DNA from: Candidatus Freyarchaeota archaeon
Lineage (GTDB): Archaea > Asgardarchaeota > Jordiarchaeia > Jordiarchaeales > Jordiarchaeaceae
DNA: 40,949 nucleotides
Reading direction: 5' to 3'
NCBI GenBank assembly: GCA_030587365.2
Contig: JAUQZE020000611.1
Span: forward strand, 1-40,949
Shown here: positions 18,059 to 27,346 of the stretch, one piece after another
How the letters are laid out: the number at the start of each line of letters is the position of its first letter
Numbering within the stretch: the first letter of the stretch is position 1
Made by a program: the position numbers and the translations under genes
The notes under the pieces: generated by a model
The model's input: the letters and a program-made list of their open reading frames with translations, nothing else
Databases searched by the model: none
What the model was told of the DNA's origin: nothing

Positions 18059-19333
18059 TTAACTGAGTATATCTGAGAACCTTACACTCCTTGAGTCATT
18101 TATACAGGGCATAAAGAAGAACGCAGCAGGCTCTATACTGATTTTATTTCCATTCAGTATCTCCTTTTGAATTGCTCTAATTAAACTGATCCCCAATGGG
18201 ACTTGTTCAATTGAGTAGTTTGCGAAAAACGCCGATGTGAAAAGCCGTCCCTGCCTTACCAAAAATTGTATAACCAGAGGGTTTAAATCATATCTTTTTT
18301 CCCAAGGGTTATTAGGAGTAATAACTATTCTTCTACTCCGCTTTGATTCCTCTAATTTTCTTTTGGCCAATTTTATTTGATCTATTGTAACAGATTCCCC
18401 TTCATCCGTTTTAGCTTTGTAGAATCTCAGACATTTTCCTAATTCCCCCTCTCCATTTAAAATTCCTTCCACTTGATGTTCAAACTCTTCTAACTTAACG
18501 TCAACTTCCTCTAACTTAAACCCGAGATATAAATAAAATTGCCCTCCCTCTTGAGGCTCCGAATACTTTGCAAACTTGTATTCTAATTCCGACAACACCT
18601 CACGCAAATTTTGAGATCTTAAAAGTATAGGTCCTGCCAAGTTCTCATTATTGATTCGTGGATTAGAATTGGAAGTAGGTAGCGAACCGAAAAAGCTTTG
18701 CCTTAATTCATTAATTGAAGTTTCATATATGTGTGCCGACCCCGAAATTGTGGTTATGGTGCCCAAAGCCCTTTTACCACCAAATCTACTTGCAACTTCT
18801 GTTAAAAAAACCGTATAAATACCAGCAACATCGTCGGGATACGCTCGGGCCATATCATTACTTCTAATATATACGGTCGAATGAATTTTTGAGCCTACTT
18901 TGTGAAAAAGCACAATATTAATACAGGGAGGGTTAGTGCTTAAAATGTCCGTCGGTGGATTCCAGAACTGGGCAAAAGCTACATTTTTCCCACCACTTAA
19001 CTGATTTTTAATGTAATCCAGCTGGTTAAACGTGAATCTTTTTCTCATAGCCCATCCATAACTATATACATGTTCTCCCTTCTCAGAACTAATATATTGG
19101 GGAATATAGCTTTCAATAAGCGTATCCTTACTCAGCCCAATATAGTTTACTGGAACAAAATTTCCACTTTGCCAATCACTTAGATGAATCGTAGCACAAA
19201 AAGTTTCCCTAGTTTCCTGTTTTTTATCCTCAGTTATCTCCTTTATCCCTTTTTCGAGGATTGTGTTAATGCAACTTCTCCAAGCAACATCTATATTTCT
19301 GGCTCGAATCAAATAAGGGCCATAGAAGCTCAT
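18059..19333 (-). CDS. Tandem-duplicated thymidylate-synthase-like protein: archaeal ThyA-type N-domain plus a degenerate ThyA-like C-domain
   Basis: The N half has FWNPPTDILSTNPPCINIVLFHKVGSKIHSTVYIRSNDMARAYPDDVAG...SGSAHIYE (catalytic PC and RSxD blocks). The C half repeats the layout (GPILLRSQNL..., SRRIVITPNNPWEKRYDLNPLVIQFLVRQGRLFTSAFFANYS...) but has L in place of the Cys and ANYS in place of RSND. Confidence 0.7.
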   Translation of the reverse strand: MSFYGPYLIRARNIDVAWRSCINTILEKGIKEITEDKKQETRETFCATIHLSDWQSGNFVPVNYIGLSKDTLIESYIPQYISSEKGEHVYSYGWAMRKRFTFNQLDYIKNQLSGGKNVAFAQFWNPPTDILSTNPPCINIVLFHKVGSKIHSTVYIRSNDMARAYPDDVAGIYTVFLTEVASRFGGKRALGTITTISGSAHIYETSINELRQSFFGSLPTSNSNPRINNENLAGPILLRSQNLREVLSELEYKFAKYSEPQEGGQFYLYLGFKLEEVDVKLEEFEHQVEGILNGEGELGKCLRFYKAKTDEGESVTIDQIKLAKRKLEESKRSRRIVITPNNPWEKRYDLNPLVIQFLVRQGRLFTSAFFANYSIEQVPLGISLIRAIQKEILNGNKISIEPAAFFFMPCINDSRSVRFSDILS

Positions 19334-19335
19334 TT

Positions 19336-20835
19336 TTACTCACGACCAAGTTTTAAAGCATAATAGGGATGGGGAGGCTTTGGGTAAATCCCAACCGTAT
19401 TTATGTTCTCGTCCGCAATTGCAGCTTCAACAGCCGCTACCTCTCTGAATATAGCCTCTGCATTTTTTATTGGACCATAAAGATTAATGTCTATTCCATA
19501 AAGGGAAGGAAGAGCATAGTCAAAAGAAAAATCCAGATTTTTTAATTCACTGATACTCTTTGATAGCCTTGATTGCAGATTATGGATGCCAATACATACA
19601 GGATAACCATAGCAATTCTTAAATAACCAAGCTGCATGCAAAGCACTTATTGAACCTGCCCCCAGAATAGAAACACCAGGATCAATAATTGGCTTCATGA
19701 TTAACCCCTCCATAAATTCAATTATTTCTCTGAACCGATTGATCCTTGAAGGTAGTTTTACATCAAAGGGCAAAATTATAGAATATTCTATCCGCCCCAT
19801 TTCGCCAATCATAGCCTTTTCTCTTTTATCCACGCCGCTAACCGAATTGTATATAACTCTACCCTCTAAACCCAAATCTTTTGCTACTCCCATGGCTCCT
19901 ATTCTTGCTTCCAAAACTGGCGAATCAAGAATTATTGGTGAGTCTGTGATATCTGCAACAAATAAAAGGTATCTTGTTAAAGCCTCAGAAGTTTCTCCAA
20001 CTATGTGTACCATTGTGGGAATTTCGTATTTTAAAGAATTCTCCTCCTGTTTCCGAATTTGCTCCTCAGCCTTAGTCTTATCAAAGACGCCTTCACTATG
20101 ATTAACTACCAATTTATCTCCTCTATAAAACATGGTTCCCGCTAAAACTACGGGATACTCCCCCCTCTGCCCGCCTATCTTAATTCCACATATATCATAA
20201 ACTCTTAGTTCTCCAGTAAATATCAAGGGATTTAATAGAGATATACCCTTATCAAGAAAGCTTTTATTTTCTTCTTGAAACCGCTTTATTCCTTCACTCC
20301 AATCATATTCAACTTGTGTTAATGGAAGAATAGGCTCCTCAGGAAATGGAGACATGTTTTGTGCATTAAGTTCATTGATTATAGACATCAATTTTTGAAC
20401 GTTTGTTTCTCCTCGTGCATCCACCACCTTAACGATTTGGCTTTGAAATCTTTTAACAAATTTATTCGGATCGTCTCCCCTGAAATAATTTGGATGCAAA
20501 ACAGGTATAGTACCCTCACTTCCGATAATTCTATAATTTTCATCAATCCCATTATTATAGAGCGAAATAATAGTTTGCCCCGGTTCATGGCCAACTACAC
20601 GTTCACCGCAGACTATGAGGAATCTAATATTTGGGTTTGAAGCCAAATTTTGTAAAATCTTCGCTATTCCACTATTCTCCGTCTCACAGAAACCTACAAT
20701 GGCAATTTTGTCACTCATTTTGGCTAACTCTTTCGGCAAATCGTAAGACCCACATGTAACTATAGCGACGGCCGCCTTTTCGTTTATAACAACATAGTCA
20801 CCAGCAATGAATGGCCACTTTGACATAAACAACAT
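19336..20835 (-). CDS. Fused MtrA-like corrinoid domain / MtrH-like methyl-H4MPT methyltransferase (CmtA-like, soluble)
   Basis: The N-terminus WPFIAGDYVV...IVGFCETENSGIAKILQNLASNPNIRFLIVCGERVVGHEPGQTIISLYNNGID is the MtrA pattern, including the GH corrinoid ligand region. The C-terminus ICGIKIGGQRGEYPVVLAGTMFY...GVFDKTKAEEQIRKQEE...PIILDS is the MtrH pattern. There is no hydrophobic anchor between or after the two domains. Confidence 0.8.
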   Translation of the reverse strand: MLFMSKWPFIAGDYVVINEKAAVAIVTCGSYDLPKELAKMSDKIAIVGFCETENSGIAKILQNLASNPNIRFLIVCGERVVGHEPGQTIISLYNNGIDENYRIIGSEGTIPVLHPNYFRGDDPNKFVKRFQSQIVKVVDARGETNVQKLMSIINELNAQNMSPFPEEPILPLTQVEYDWSEGIKRFQEENKSFLDKGISLLNPLIFTGELRVYDICGIKIGGQRGEYPVVLAGTMFYRGDKLVVNHSEGVFDKTKAEEQIRKQEENSLKYEIPTMVHIVGETSEALTRYLLFVADITDSPIILDSPVLEARIGAMGVAKDLGLEGRVIYNSVSGVDKREKAMIGEMGRIEYSIILPFDVKLPSRINRFREIIEFMEGLIMKPIIDPGVSILGAGSISALHAAWLFKNCYGYPVCIGIHNLQSRLSKSISELKNLDFSFDYALPSLYGIDINLYGPIKNAEAIFREVAAVEAAIADENINTVGIYPKPPHPYYALKLGRE

Positions 20836-21424
20836 CCCTTTATAGATTGACAGCTACAATACTCATTTAATACCAGACGAGCCTCAACCACATAGAAAAT
20901 TATAAGACGTTTATTATAAATCAAGTACATTTGAAATTAACTATTTGCATGTAAAAAGTTTTTCATGTAATTTTTGGAAGAAACAATTTCAGTTGGGCAA
21001 TTTTGTTTTTGCATTAGTCAACGTCATCGCCCTTGTTTAAAGGGGATCCTTTTCACGTTTCCTTTTGGAAGAAGACCCTAACCCCCAAAAACCAGCCACC
21101 CACCAATCAGCTGCGCCACAATCCACAAAAAAGGTACCAAAGATCTTTTTGTGCCCAAATTTTTAGACACCAGTCCCCTACATTCATTATTTTCCCTGCA
21201 TCTGTAAACTACGAAGCCAGCAAGAAGAAGGCTAACAATCTTAATGAGCTTTTTCTTTAACCTCTCGGTTGTGGATTTTTATCAAACCCTTCCAGTAAAA
21301 AACAGTTCCTGCTCCTCCAAAATAAGTTTTGGTGAATCTTTTAATCGTGCAGGAGTAGCAATGTAGTAATTTGGGAAATGAAAAATAAAAAAATATTATA
21401 AAAGGACGCAGGACGGTTTAGCGT

Positions 21425-22993
21425 CTAAGCGTTTTTATTCATCCTATTATGATTTTTATTGGAGGCCAGCATACGATTAACTGCATTAATAAGAGCCTGA
21501 ACACTCGCACTTACTATATCCTCATTTGCCGCTCTAGCAGTATATAACCTATCTTTTTTGTCTTTAACTTTGACTGTAACAAAACCCAACGCATCCGTGC
21601 CACCAGTTATTGCTTCCAGATTATATTCAACTAATGACATCTCCCCAAATGCCTTTACAGCCTTCTGTAAAGCGTTACAAGCTGCGTCAATTGGGCCGAC
21701 TCCCAAATCCGAAACAAGTTTTTCTTCTCCACCCACATTTATTCGAACCGTGGCTGTCGGAGTAATATTCAATCCAGTGATAACTACAAGCTCTTTTAAT
21801 TTCAGAAACTGGTCTTCTTCCGATACTCTGCCAACTATGTCATCTGCTATTGCCTGCAACTCTATGTCAGTAACGCTTTTTCCTTTATCACCTAACTTTT
21901 TGATACGCTTCAGTATCTCTTCCAACTGTTCATTAGAATATATGTAGCCGTAACTATCCAGCTTAGCTTTTAGAGAGTGTTTCCCAGTGTGTTTTCCAAT
22001 TGCTATAGATGAAAGCGAAATTTCTTCCTTACTTCTCTTTCTCCCTATTAGTCCAGGAGAGAACGGTTCATAGGTTCTGGGGTCTTGTAGGACAGCATGA
22101 GCATGTATTCCACTTTCATGACGAAAGGCATTTTCTCCAATAATCGCTTTATTAGGTGGAATCTTTATACCGCTTAAATTCTCAATGAGCTTTGATGTTT
22201 CAAAAATATATTCTGTTTTTATATTCGTTTTAAATCCATAAAGAGCAACTAATGCCATAGCAACCTCTTCTAAAGAAGCGTTCCCCGCCCTTTCTCCTAT
22301 ACCGTTGACTGTGACGTGAACCTGTTTAGCTCCCACCTCTATAGCGGCTAAAGAATTAGCCACTGATAGACCAAAATCGTCATGTGTGTGCGCCGATATT
22401 ATGGTGTCACTATTAACAACGCCACTCAATTCTTTTACTAGATACGCGTAAGCTCGGGGAGTTGCACATCCCACGGTGTCTGGTATATTAATTACATCAG
22501 CACCCGCTTTGACAACCTCTCGATAAACCTCTTTTAGAAAGTCCAAATCGCTCCTAGTGGCGTCCTCAGCTGAGAATTCAACTTTTAATCCATGCTCTTT
22601 GGCGTACCCAACCGTTTCAACTGCGCTACTCAGGACCTGTTCTCTTGTCATTCTAAGTTTTTCCTTCATATGCAAATCAGAAGTGGCTATAAAAATATGT
22701 ACCCGATTAACACCACAATCAAGAGCCAAATCCACTTCTTTTAAATTAGTTCTAGCTAGTGAACAAATCTCGCAATCTAAACCTAATTTAACTATTTCAC
22801 GTATAGCCTCTTCTTCACCCCTTGAAACTATAGCCATCCCTGCTTCAATAACATCTACACCCAATTTTGCAAGCTGCTCCGCAATAATTTTTTTCTCATT
22901 AATAGTGAAGGAAACACCAGGGGTCTGTTCGCCATCACGCATTGTGGTATCAAAAAACAACACCTCATCAGGTAGGGTTAATTCTTTAGACAC
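21425..22993 (-). CDS. 2-isopropylmalate synthase / (R)-citramalate synthase family (LeuA/CimA)
   Basis: FFDTTMRDGEQTPGVSF, HTHDDFGLSVANSLAA and the C-terminal LeuA-dimer regulatory domain are present (522 aa). LeuA and CimA cannot be told apart by eye. The start is GTG. Confidence 0.88.
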   Translation of the reverse strand: MSKELTLPDEVLFFDTTMRDGEQTPGVSFTINEKKIIAEQLAKLGVDVIEAGMAIVSRGEEEAIREIVKLGLDCEICSLARTNLKEVDLALDCGVNRVHIFIATSDLHMKEKLRMTREQVLSSAVETVGYAKEHGLKVEFSAEDATRSDLDFLKEVYREVVKAGADVINIPDTVGCATPRAYAYLVKELSGVVNSDTIISAHTHDDFGLSVANSLAAIEVGAKQVHVTVNGIGERAGNASLEEVAMALVALYGFKTNIKTEYIFETSKLIENLSGIKIPPNKAIIGENAFRHESGIHAHAVLQDPRTYEPFSPGLIGRKRSKEEISLSSIAIGKHTGKHSLKAKLDSYGYIYSNEQLEEILKRIKKLGDKGKSVTDIELQAIADDIVGRVSEEDQFLKLKELVVITGLNITPTATVRINVGGEEKLVSDLGVGPIDAACNALQKAVKAFGEMSLVEYNLEAITGGTDALGFVTVKVKDKKDRLYTARAANEDIVSASVQALINAVNRMLASNKNHNRMNKNA

Positions 22994-23335
22994 ATTTCTT
23001 ACAAATTGGCTGACAAAGGAAGTCAGGCCTCCTCATAGATTCAACCTCCAATAGAATGTAAGTGCGCACCACAGTAACTCTAACCTAATTTAACTATTTC
23101 GCGCAATAATTTTTGACTAAGACACAATCGCCTTTGTTTCCTATCGTTTGTAGATTAGACATGTATTAAAAATGGCTAAATACGAGTCTAAAAACGAAGC
23201 TTAACGGGGAATGTTGCTCACTCTTGGAAAAAAGGTTGAATAAGTTGAGAAAATATTTGACATAGTAAGCTAGGAGGGTAATCTTTTCTGAGAAGGAACA
23301 TGTTATTCTTTTTTGGGTAGGCTCAGCTAAATTCA

Positions 23336-23354
23336 GTGGGGGAATACCCCCCAC
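23336..23354. other. GC-rich hairpin (7-bp stem GTGGGGG/CCCCCAC) 33 nt downstream of the wHTH gene stop
   Basis: The sequence reads gtgggggaataccccccac. This is the only strongly GC-rich palindrome in this AT-rich spacer. No adjacent oligo-T run is present, so a terminator role is unproven. Confidence 0.3.
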
Positions 23355-23386
23355 ATCTACCCTTGTACAATTATGTTTTTCCTCCG

Positions 23387-23935
23387 TCAAAGCATTTTTA
23401 GTTGAAGTTCTTCCTCGATTGCCTCCTTTTGCATGTTTTTGAATTCGAGGGTGTCTACAAATTGTGTAACATTGACAGATACGAACTTATTTTCTCTTAT
23501 ATTATCGATGTACACTTTGCGCGCTACTATCTTACCGATATATGTGAGAGATACTGGAATGCCTTTGTTTTCTTTGTTTCCTGCAGTTATAAGCCCTGCT
23601 TTTTTAAGTCTGTTAAGATTCCACCTAGCCGTTGATTTAGGCATTTCAAATTTTTCCGAAATTTCTTCGGCAAGCCTTGTAAAAACGGTGACATCTTCTA
23701 GATTTGATATGTACATCAGAATTTCTCTTTGCTTTTTCGTCAATGCGATGGAGGCCAATTTTTCGATTCCTTCTCTGAGTAAAGAGAATTCTTTAAGAAA
23801 ATTCTTTTTTAAAGAACTCAACAAAAAATTCTTGTTTTCCTCTTTTTCGTCTTTCAAAAATAGATTTATGCCCTCTATGAGGGAGTCCAATCTATTTAAT
23901 AGTTCGAAAATATCTGCTTCAGCGAATTTCTTCAA
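23387..23935 (-). CDS. Winged-helix/HTH transcriptional regulator (TrmB/MarR-like)
   Basis: LTKKQREILMYIS...RLAEEISEKFEMPKSTARWNLNRLKKAGLI is an HTH pattern in the middle of the 182-aa protein. The start is TTG. Confidence 0.65.
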   Translation of the reverse strand: MKKFAEADIFELLNRLDSLIEGINLFLKDEKEENKNFLLSSLKKNFLKEFSLLREGIEKLASIALTKKQREILMYISNLEDVTVFTRLAEEISEKFEMPKSTARWNLNRLKKAGLITAGNKENKGIPVSLTYIGKIVARKVYIDNIRENKFVSVNVTQFVDTLEFKNMQKEAIEEELQLKML

Positions 23936-24590
23936 CCCTCCAACTGTGGAGGAAAGAACACCTCTGCAACCTTATTTCACCTCACGAAACAATTTTCGGA
24001 AAGGGTGCTACAATTGTATTGAGTAATATTCAAAGAAGATATATATCTTTTATGCTATATTGTTGCCCTAATTACTTACCTTTTAACATAAATATTGCAA
24101 CTAAAGGGCTGAGATAGTGTACTTCCTTTTAATTTACTCATGTATTACTCGTTTTTTTAAACGGAAAAATTGTACTAAACTTAGTTGAACTCTAAATTAT
24201 TAAGCTTCTCTATACTGAATGAACTTTGGCGCTTTTTCTTCATTAAGCACACTGCATGGAGTCTACTTAAAATGGAAAATATTGTGGTCACGCGAAAATT
24301 TTATATAGCTCAAAAAAAGTAGAGTAAATTATCTAAAAAATTTTAGTAATTATAAGTGTAAACAACACAACACTACCCTTAATTAAACTTCCCCATTTCA
24401 AAAGTTTGGACTTTAAATAATCAAAAATAATATTATTGAGAGACCAAATTAATTAGACTCTAAAAAATCAATTAATTGCGAGTTTCAACGGTCAAATGAG
24501 CACATTGGCAAAAGCTTCACTGGATTCTTATAAAAATCTAAGGCTACCCGTATTAAATGTTCAAAATTAGATATAGAGGGCGTAAACAAA

Positions 24591-24881
24591 ATGCGTGTAA
24601 AGAAGCTATTAGTATTTACACAAATGAATTGCCCTAACTGTCCAACAATGAAAAAGATTACCTTAGAAGTGGGCAAAAAGCTAAACATACCCGTAGAATT
24701 GGTAGATATCACAAATAGTGTACCAGAATCTTTAGAATTCGATTTACTACAAAATCAAATTTACATTTCATCAACTCCTTCAGTAGTATTGGTAAATGAA
24801 GATGGGTCAATTAGGGAATTAGTGTTGGGAGAAATCATCTATCATGAAGAATTAGAGAGGCGAATATTTAACCAAGAGTGA
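24591..24881 (+). CDS. Thioredoxin-fold redoxin (NrdH/glutaredoxin-like, CPNC active site)
   Basis: A 96-aa protein with LLVFTQMNCPNCPTMKK near the N-terminus and a later 'TPSVVL' cis-Pro-type region. Its stop overlaps the GTG of the nrdD ORF. Confidence 0.75.
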   Translation: MRVKKLLVFTQMNCPNCPTMKKITLEVGKKLNIPVELVDITNSVPESLEFDLLQNQIYISSTPSVVLVNEDGSIRELVLGEIIYHEELERRIFNQE

Positions 24882-24886
24882 TTGCT

Positions 24887-27268
24887 ATGTCTAACTCTAG
24901 CCATTCGTCAAAAAAGAGAGAAGAGCTCCCTTTGGAACCCGAAAGCAATGGAGACTTTATCCACTCCTTACTACCCCCCGTGAGGACTTCGAGGGGAGCA
25001 ATCGAGAACTTTGATGTTTCTAAAATAATTAAAAGTCTTGTTAAAGAAACAGGAATAGAAAAAGAGAAGGCCGCTGAGGTAGCAAAAAGAATTGTCCAAC
25101 GAATCATATCCTCTAATATCCAATGGCTTTCAAGTCCCATGATACGGGAAATGGCCTGCTCAGTACTAGCCGAAATGGGTATGGTTGAGGAAAGAAAGCG
25201 GTATACCAGAATCGGTGTGCCGATTTATGACCTAAACGAGATGATTGTTAATCCACTCAAGCATACTTGGAATGCAAACTTACAGATAAATCCCGAAACT
25301 ATTGCTAAAATAGTTTATGACAAAGTTATGTCCGAACACACTTACCTAACACTACCCGGATACTTAGAAGTTGAGGTTCCCTCTGGGAAAACCTTAAGAT
25401 TCACAACCAACATAGCCGACGCTCACTTAATGGGTGATAACTATCACAAAGATAGGGAATACACCAGCATAAGAGATTACTGCGCATCATGGGACCCCAG
25501 ACTATTTATGGTTTTAGGATTAGAGCCAGACGGGCTACAGGGCGCTCACTCTTCAAGCGCTGGACCTGCCAAACATCTAATAGTTTTTACAAACCATGCT
25601 GCAATATGGCTTGCCTCGTGGCAAAGTAATATGTCTGGAGGTCAAGGATTTCACAATTGGATGGAGTCAATTGCCTGGTACCTCAAAGAATTAAAACAAG
25701 AAGAACTCACAAGGGCAGCACAAAACTTAGTATCCAGTATGAACCCTGCTACTTTAAATCTTAATGAAGATTTATACGCAAAATTCAGCCAGATCCCAAG
25801 GGAGATAATAGATTCCATAGTGGCTTACACTATGAGAGTTTTCTATGAGCGTGAAGTGGAACAAGCTTGTCAACACACACCTTTTATCGCCACCCAACAG
25901 TATGTTGCCCGTGGCGGCCAGGTGCCCTTCACTTCCATTGACATTGGTCCTGGTATAAAAAAGGAATTTATGGATGAGCCAGTAATCATGCCTGGCGGCA
26001 AAGTTAGTGAACGCTATGTTTATGGAGATTTTGTTGAAGAAGTTAAAAAATACTTTATAACTCTGATGAAAACAATGTATAACGGCGATAGGTACGGTAA
26101 ACTTTTTAATTATCCAAAGATTAACATAGAACTTCGCGAGGAATGGATGAAGCCTGAGTTTGAGGAGGCCTATATCTGGGCTGCAAAGTTAACCGCCAAG
26201 TACGGTCTTCCATATTTTGTAAACTATCTCAATTGGAGAAGAAAAATTGTTGGCGGGTGCGTATCTTGTTGTTCCCATACTTGGGCAGCAGACACTCCAG
26301 AACAAAAGGAGGAGTACCTAACAGGAAATGCAGTGTTCGGCGCGATTCAAATGGACACTCCCAACCCTGTTGCTAGTGCTGCCAGAACTTTTAAACAGGA
26401 TGAGAGTAAATTTTTCGAAGACTTTACGCAAATAATAAATAATGTGACTATACCGAGCCTTCTAAACCGATATAGCATAATTAAAAGAATTAAAAAACTT
26501 GGGCTAGCTCCACTATACAATGTTAAGCGTCCAAATGGAAAAGATATGATTATTCCTGAAGAGCGGAAGCTTCTTATAGGGACCATTGGTTTCGCTGAAA
26601 TGACCGAAATAGTGGTTGGTTATCCACTTTGGCATGAAGAGGGATTGAAATTTGCATTAAAGGTTATAAAAACAATGCAGGAGCTGGCTGATGAGTGGTC
26701 AGAGGAAACTGGACTCTCGATACAGATAACTAGGACACCTGCTGAGTCGGCTGCTGGTAGACTTGCTAAAATAATGTATGAGCGGTATCCTGAAATTCGA
26801 CCATTTCTTAGAGGTAGTTATCCAAATGTTTATCTAACGAACTCGGTTCATCAGCCGGTAGACGCAGATATACCGTTATCTGAAAGAATAAAGAAGGAAG
26901 CGATGTTTGCTCCACTTCTTGGAGGAGGCTTCCTTCAGCACATTTTCTTGGACGATGCTTATCCGGATCCTGAAGCCCTATGGAAATTCATTCAAAAAAT
27001 AGCCAGAAACACTCTCACTGCTTATTTTGATTTCACAGTGGACATGTGGACTTGTAGCAGTTGCCACAGTCAAGGACGAATGGATTGGAAACAGAACCAG
27101 TTCAATTCCATAGAGGAACTCTTAGACTTTAAATGCCCGAAATGTGGGAGCCCTAATGCCGAGATTCTTTCGAGAATAACGGGATACTTGCAGGGGCTGA
27201 AAGGAACTTGGAATGATCCCAAAAAGCAAGAATTTCTAGAACGCAGAAGGTATAACCTAAACATTTAG
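24887..27268 (+). CDS. nrdD: Anaerobic (class III) ribonucleoside-triphosphate reductase NrdD with an N-terminal ATP-cone
   Basis: ATP-cone-like VRTSRGAIENFDVSKIIKSLVKETGIEKEKAAEVAKRI. A C-terminal Zn ribbon (CSSCHS...CPKCGS) is followed by the glycyl-radical motif SRITGYLQ. The ORF opens at GTG 24878; ATG 24887 is preferred. Confidence 0.88.
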   Translation: MSNSSHSSKKREELPLEPESNGDFIHSLLPPVRTSRGAIENFDVSKIIKSLVKETGIEKEKAAEVAKRIVQRIISSNIQWLSSPMIREMACSVLAEMGMVEERKRYTRIGVPIYDLNEMIVNPLKHTWNANLQINPETIAKIVYDKVMSEHTYLTLPGYLEVEVPSGKTLRFTTNIADAHLMGDNYHKDREYTSIRDYCASWDPRLFMVLGLEPDGLQGAHSSSAGPAKHLIVFTNHAAIWLASWQSNMSGGQGFHNWMESIAWYLKELKQEELTRAAQNLVSSMNPATLNLNEDLYAKFSQIPREIIDSIVAYTMRVFYEREVEQACQHTPFIATQQYVARGGQVPFTSIDIGPGIKKEFMDEPVIMPGGKVSERYVYGDFVEEVKKYFITLMKTMYNGDRYGKLFNYPKINIELREEWMKPEFEEAYIWAAKLTAKYGLPYFVNYLNWRRKIVGGCVSCCSHTWAADTPEQKEEYLTGNAVFGAIQMDTPNPVASAARTFKQDESKFFEDFTQIINNVTIPSLLNRYSIIKRIKKLGLAPLYNVKRPNGKDMIIPEERKLLIGTIGFAEMTEIVVGYPLWHEEGLKFALKVIKTMQELADEWSEETGLSIQITRTPAESAAGRLAKIMYERYPEIRPFLRGSYPNVYLTNSVHQPVDADIPLSERIKKEAMFAPLLGGGFLQHIFLDDAYPDPEALWKFIQKIARNTLTAYFDFTVDMWTCSSCHSQGRMDWKQNQFNSIEELLDFKCPKCGSPNAEILSRITGYLQGLKGTWNDPKKQEFLERRRYNLNI

Positions 27269-27346
27269 ATTCCTTCTCTTATTTCAACTTTAAAAAACCT
27301 TTAAGTTTAGTAAACCCAAGTTTACCCTTTTTCGTCTTTAAAAGGC

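Noticed and set aside
21033-21260. Track ORF of 75 aa in the leuA-mtrAH spacer
   Set aside because: It has a Pro/Lys/Gln-rich composition with no motif or SD. The opposite strand shows a hydrophobic stretch but no usable start codon.
23166-23390. Track ORF of 74 aa immediately after the HTH gene
   Set aside because: It has a TTG start with no SD and low-complexity sequence, and it spans the GC hairpin. It is probably non-coding 3' UTR.
24485-24712. Minus-strand ORF overlapping the start of the redoxin gene. Similar antisense ORFs lie inside real genes (e.g. 2471..2896, 7631..7924, 14984..15247, 19697..20101, 21558..21947, 22557..23054, 33823..34284, 37506..37790)
   Set aside because: All lie antisense within genes that have strong family signatures, and none has motifs of its own.
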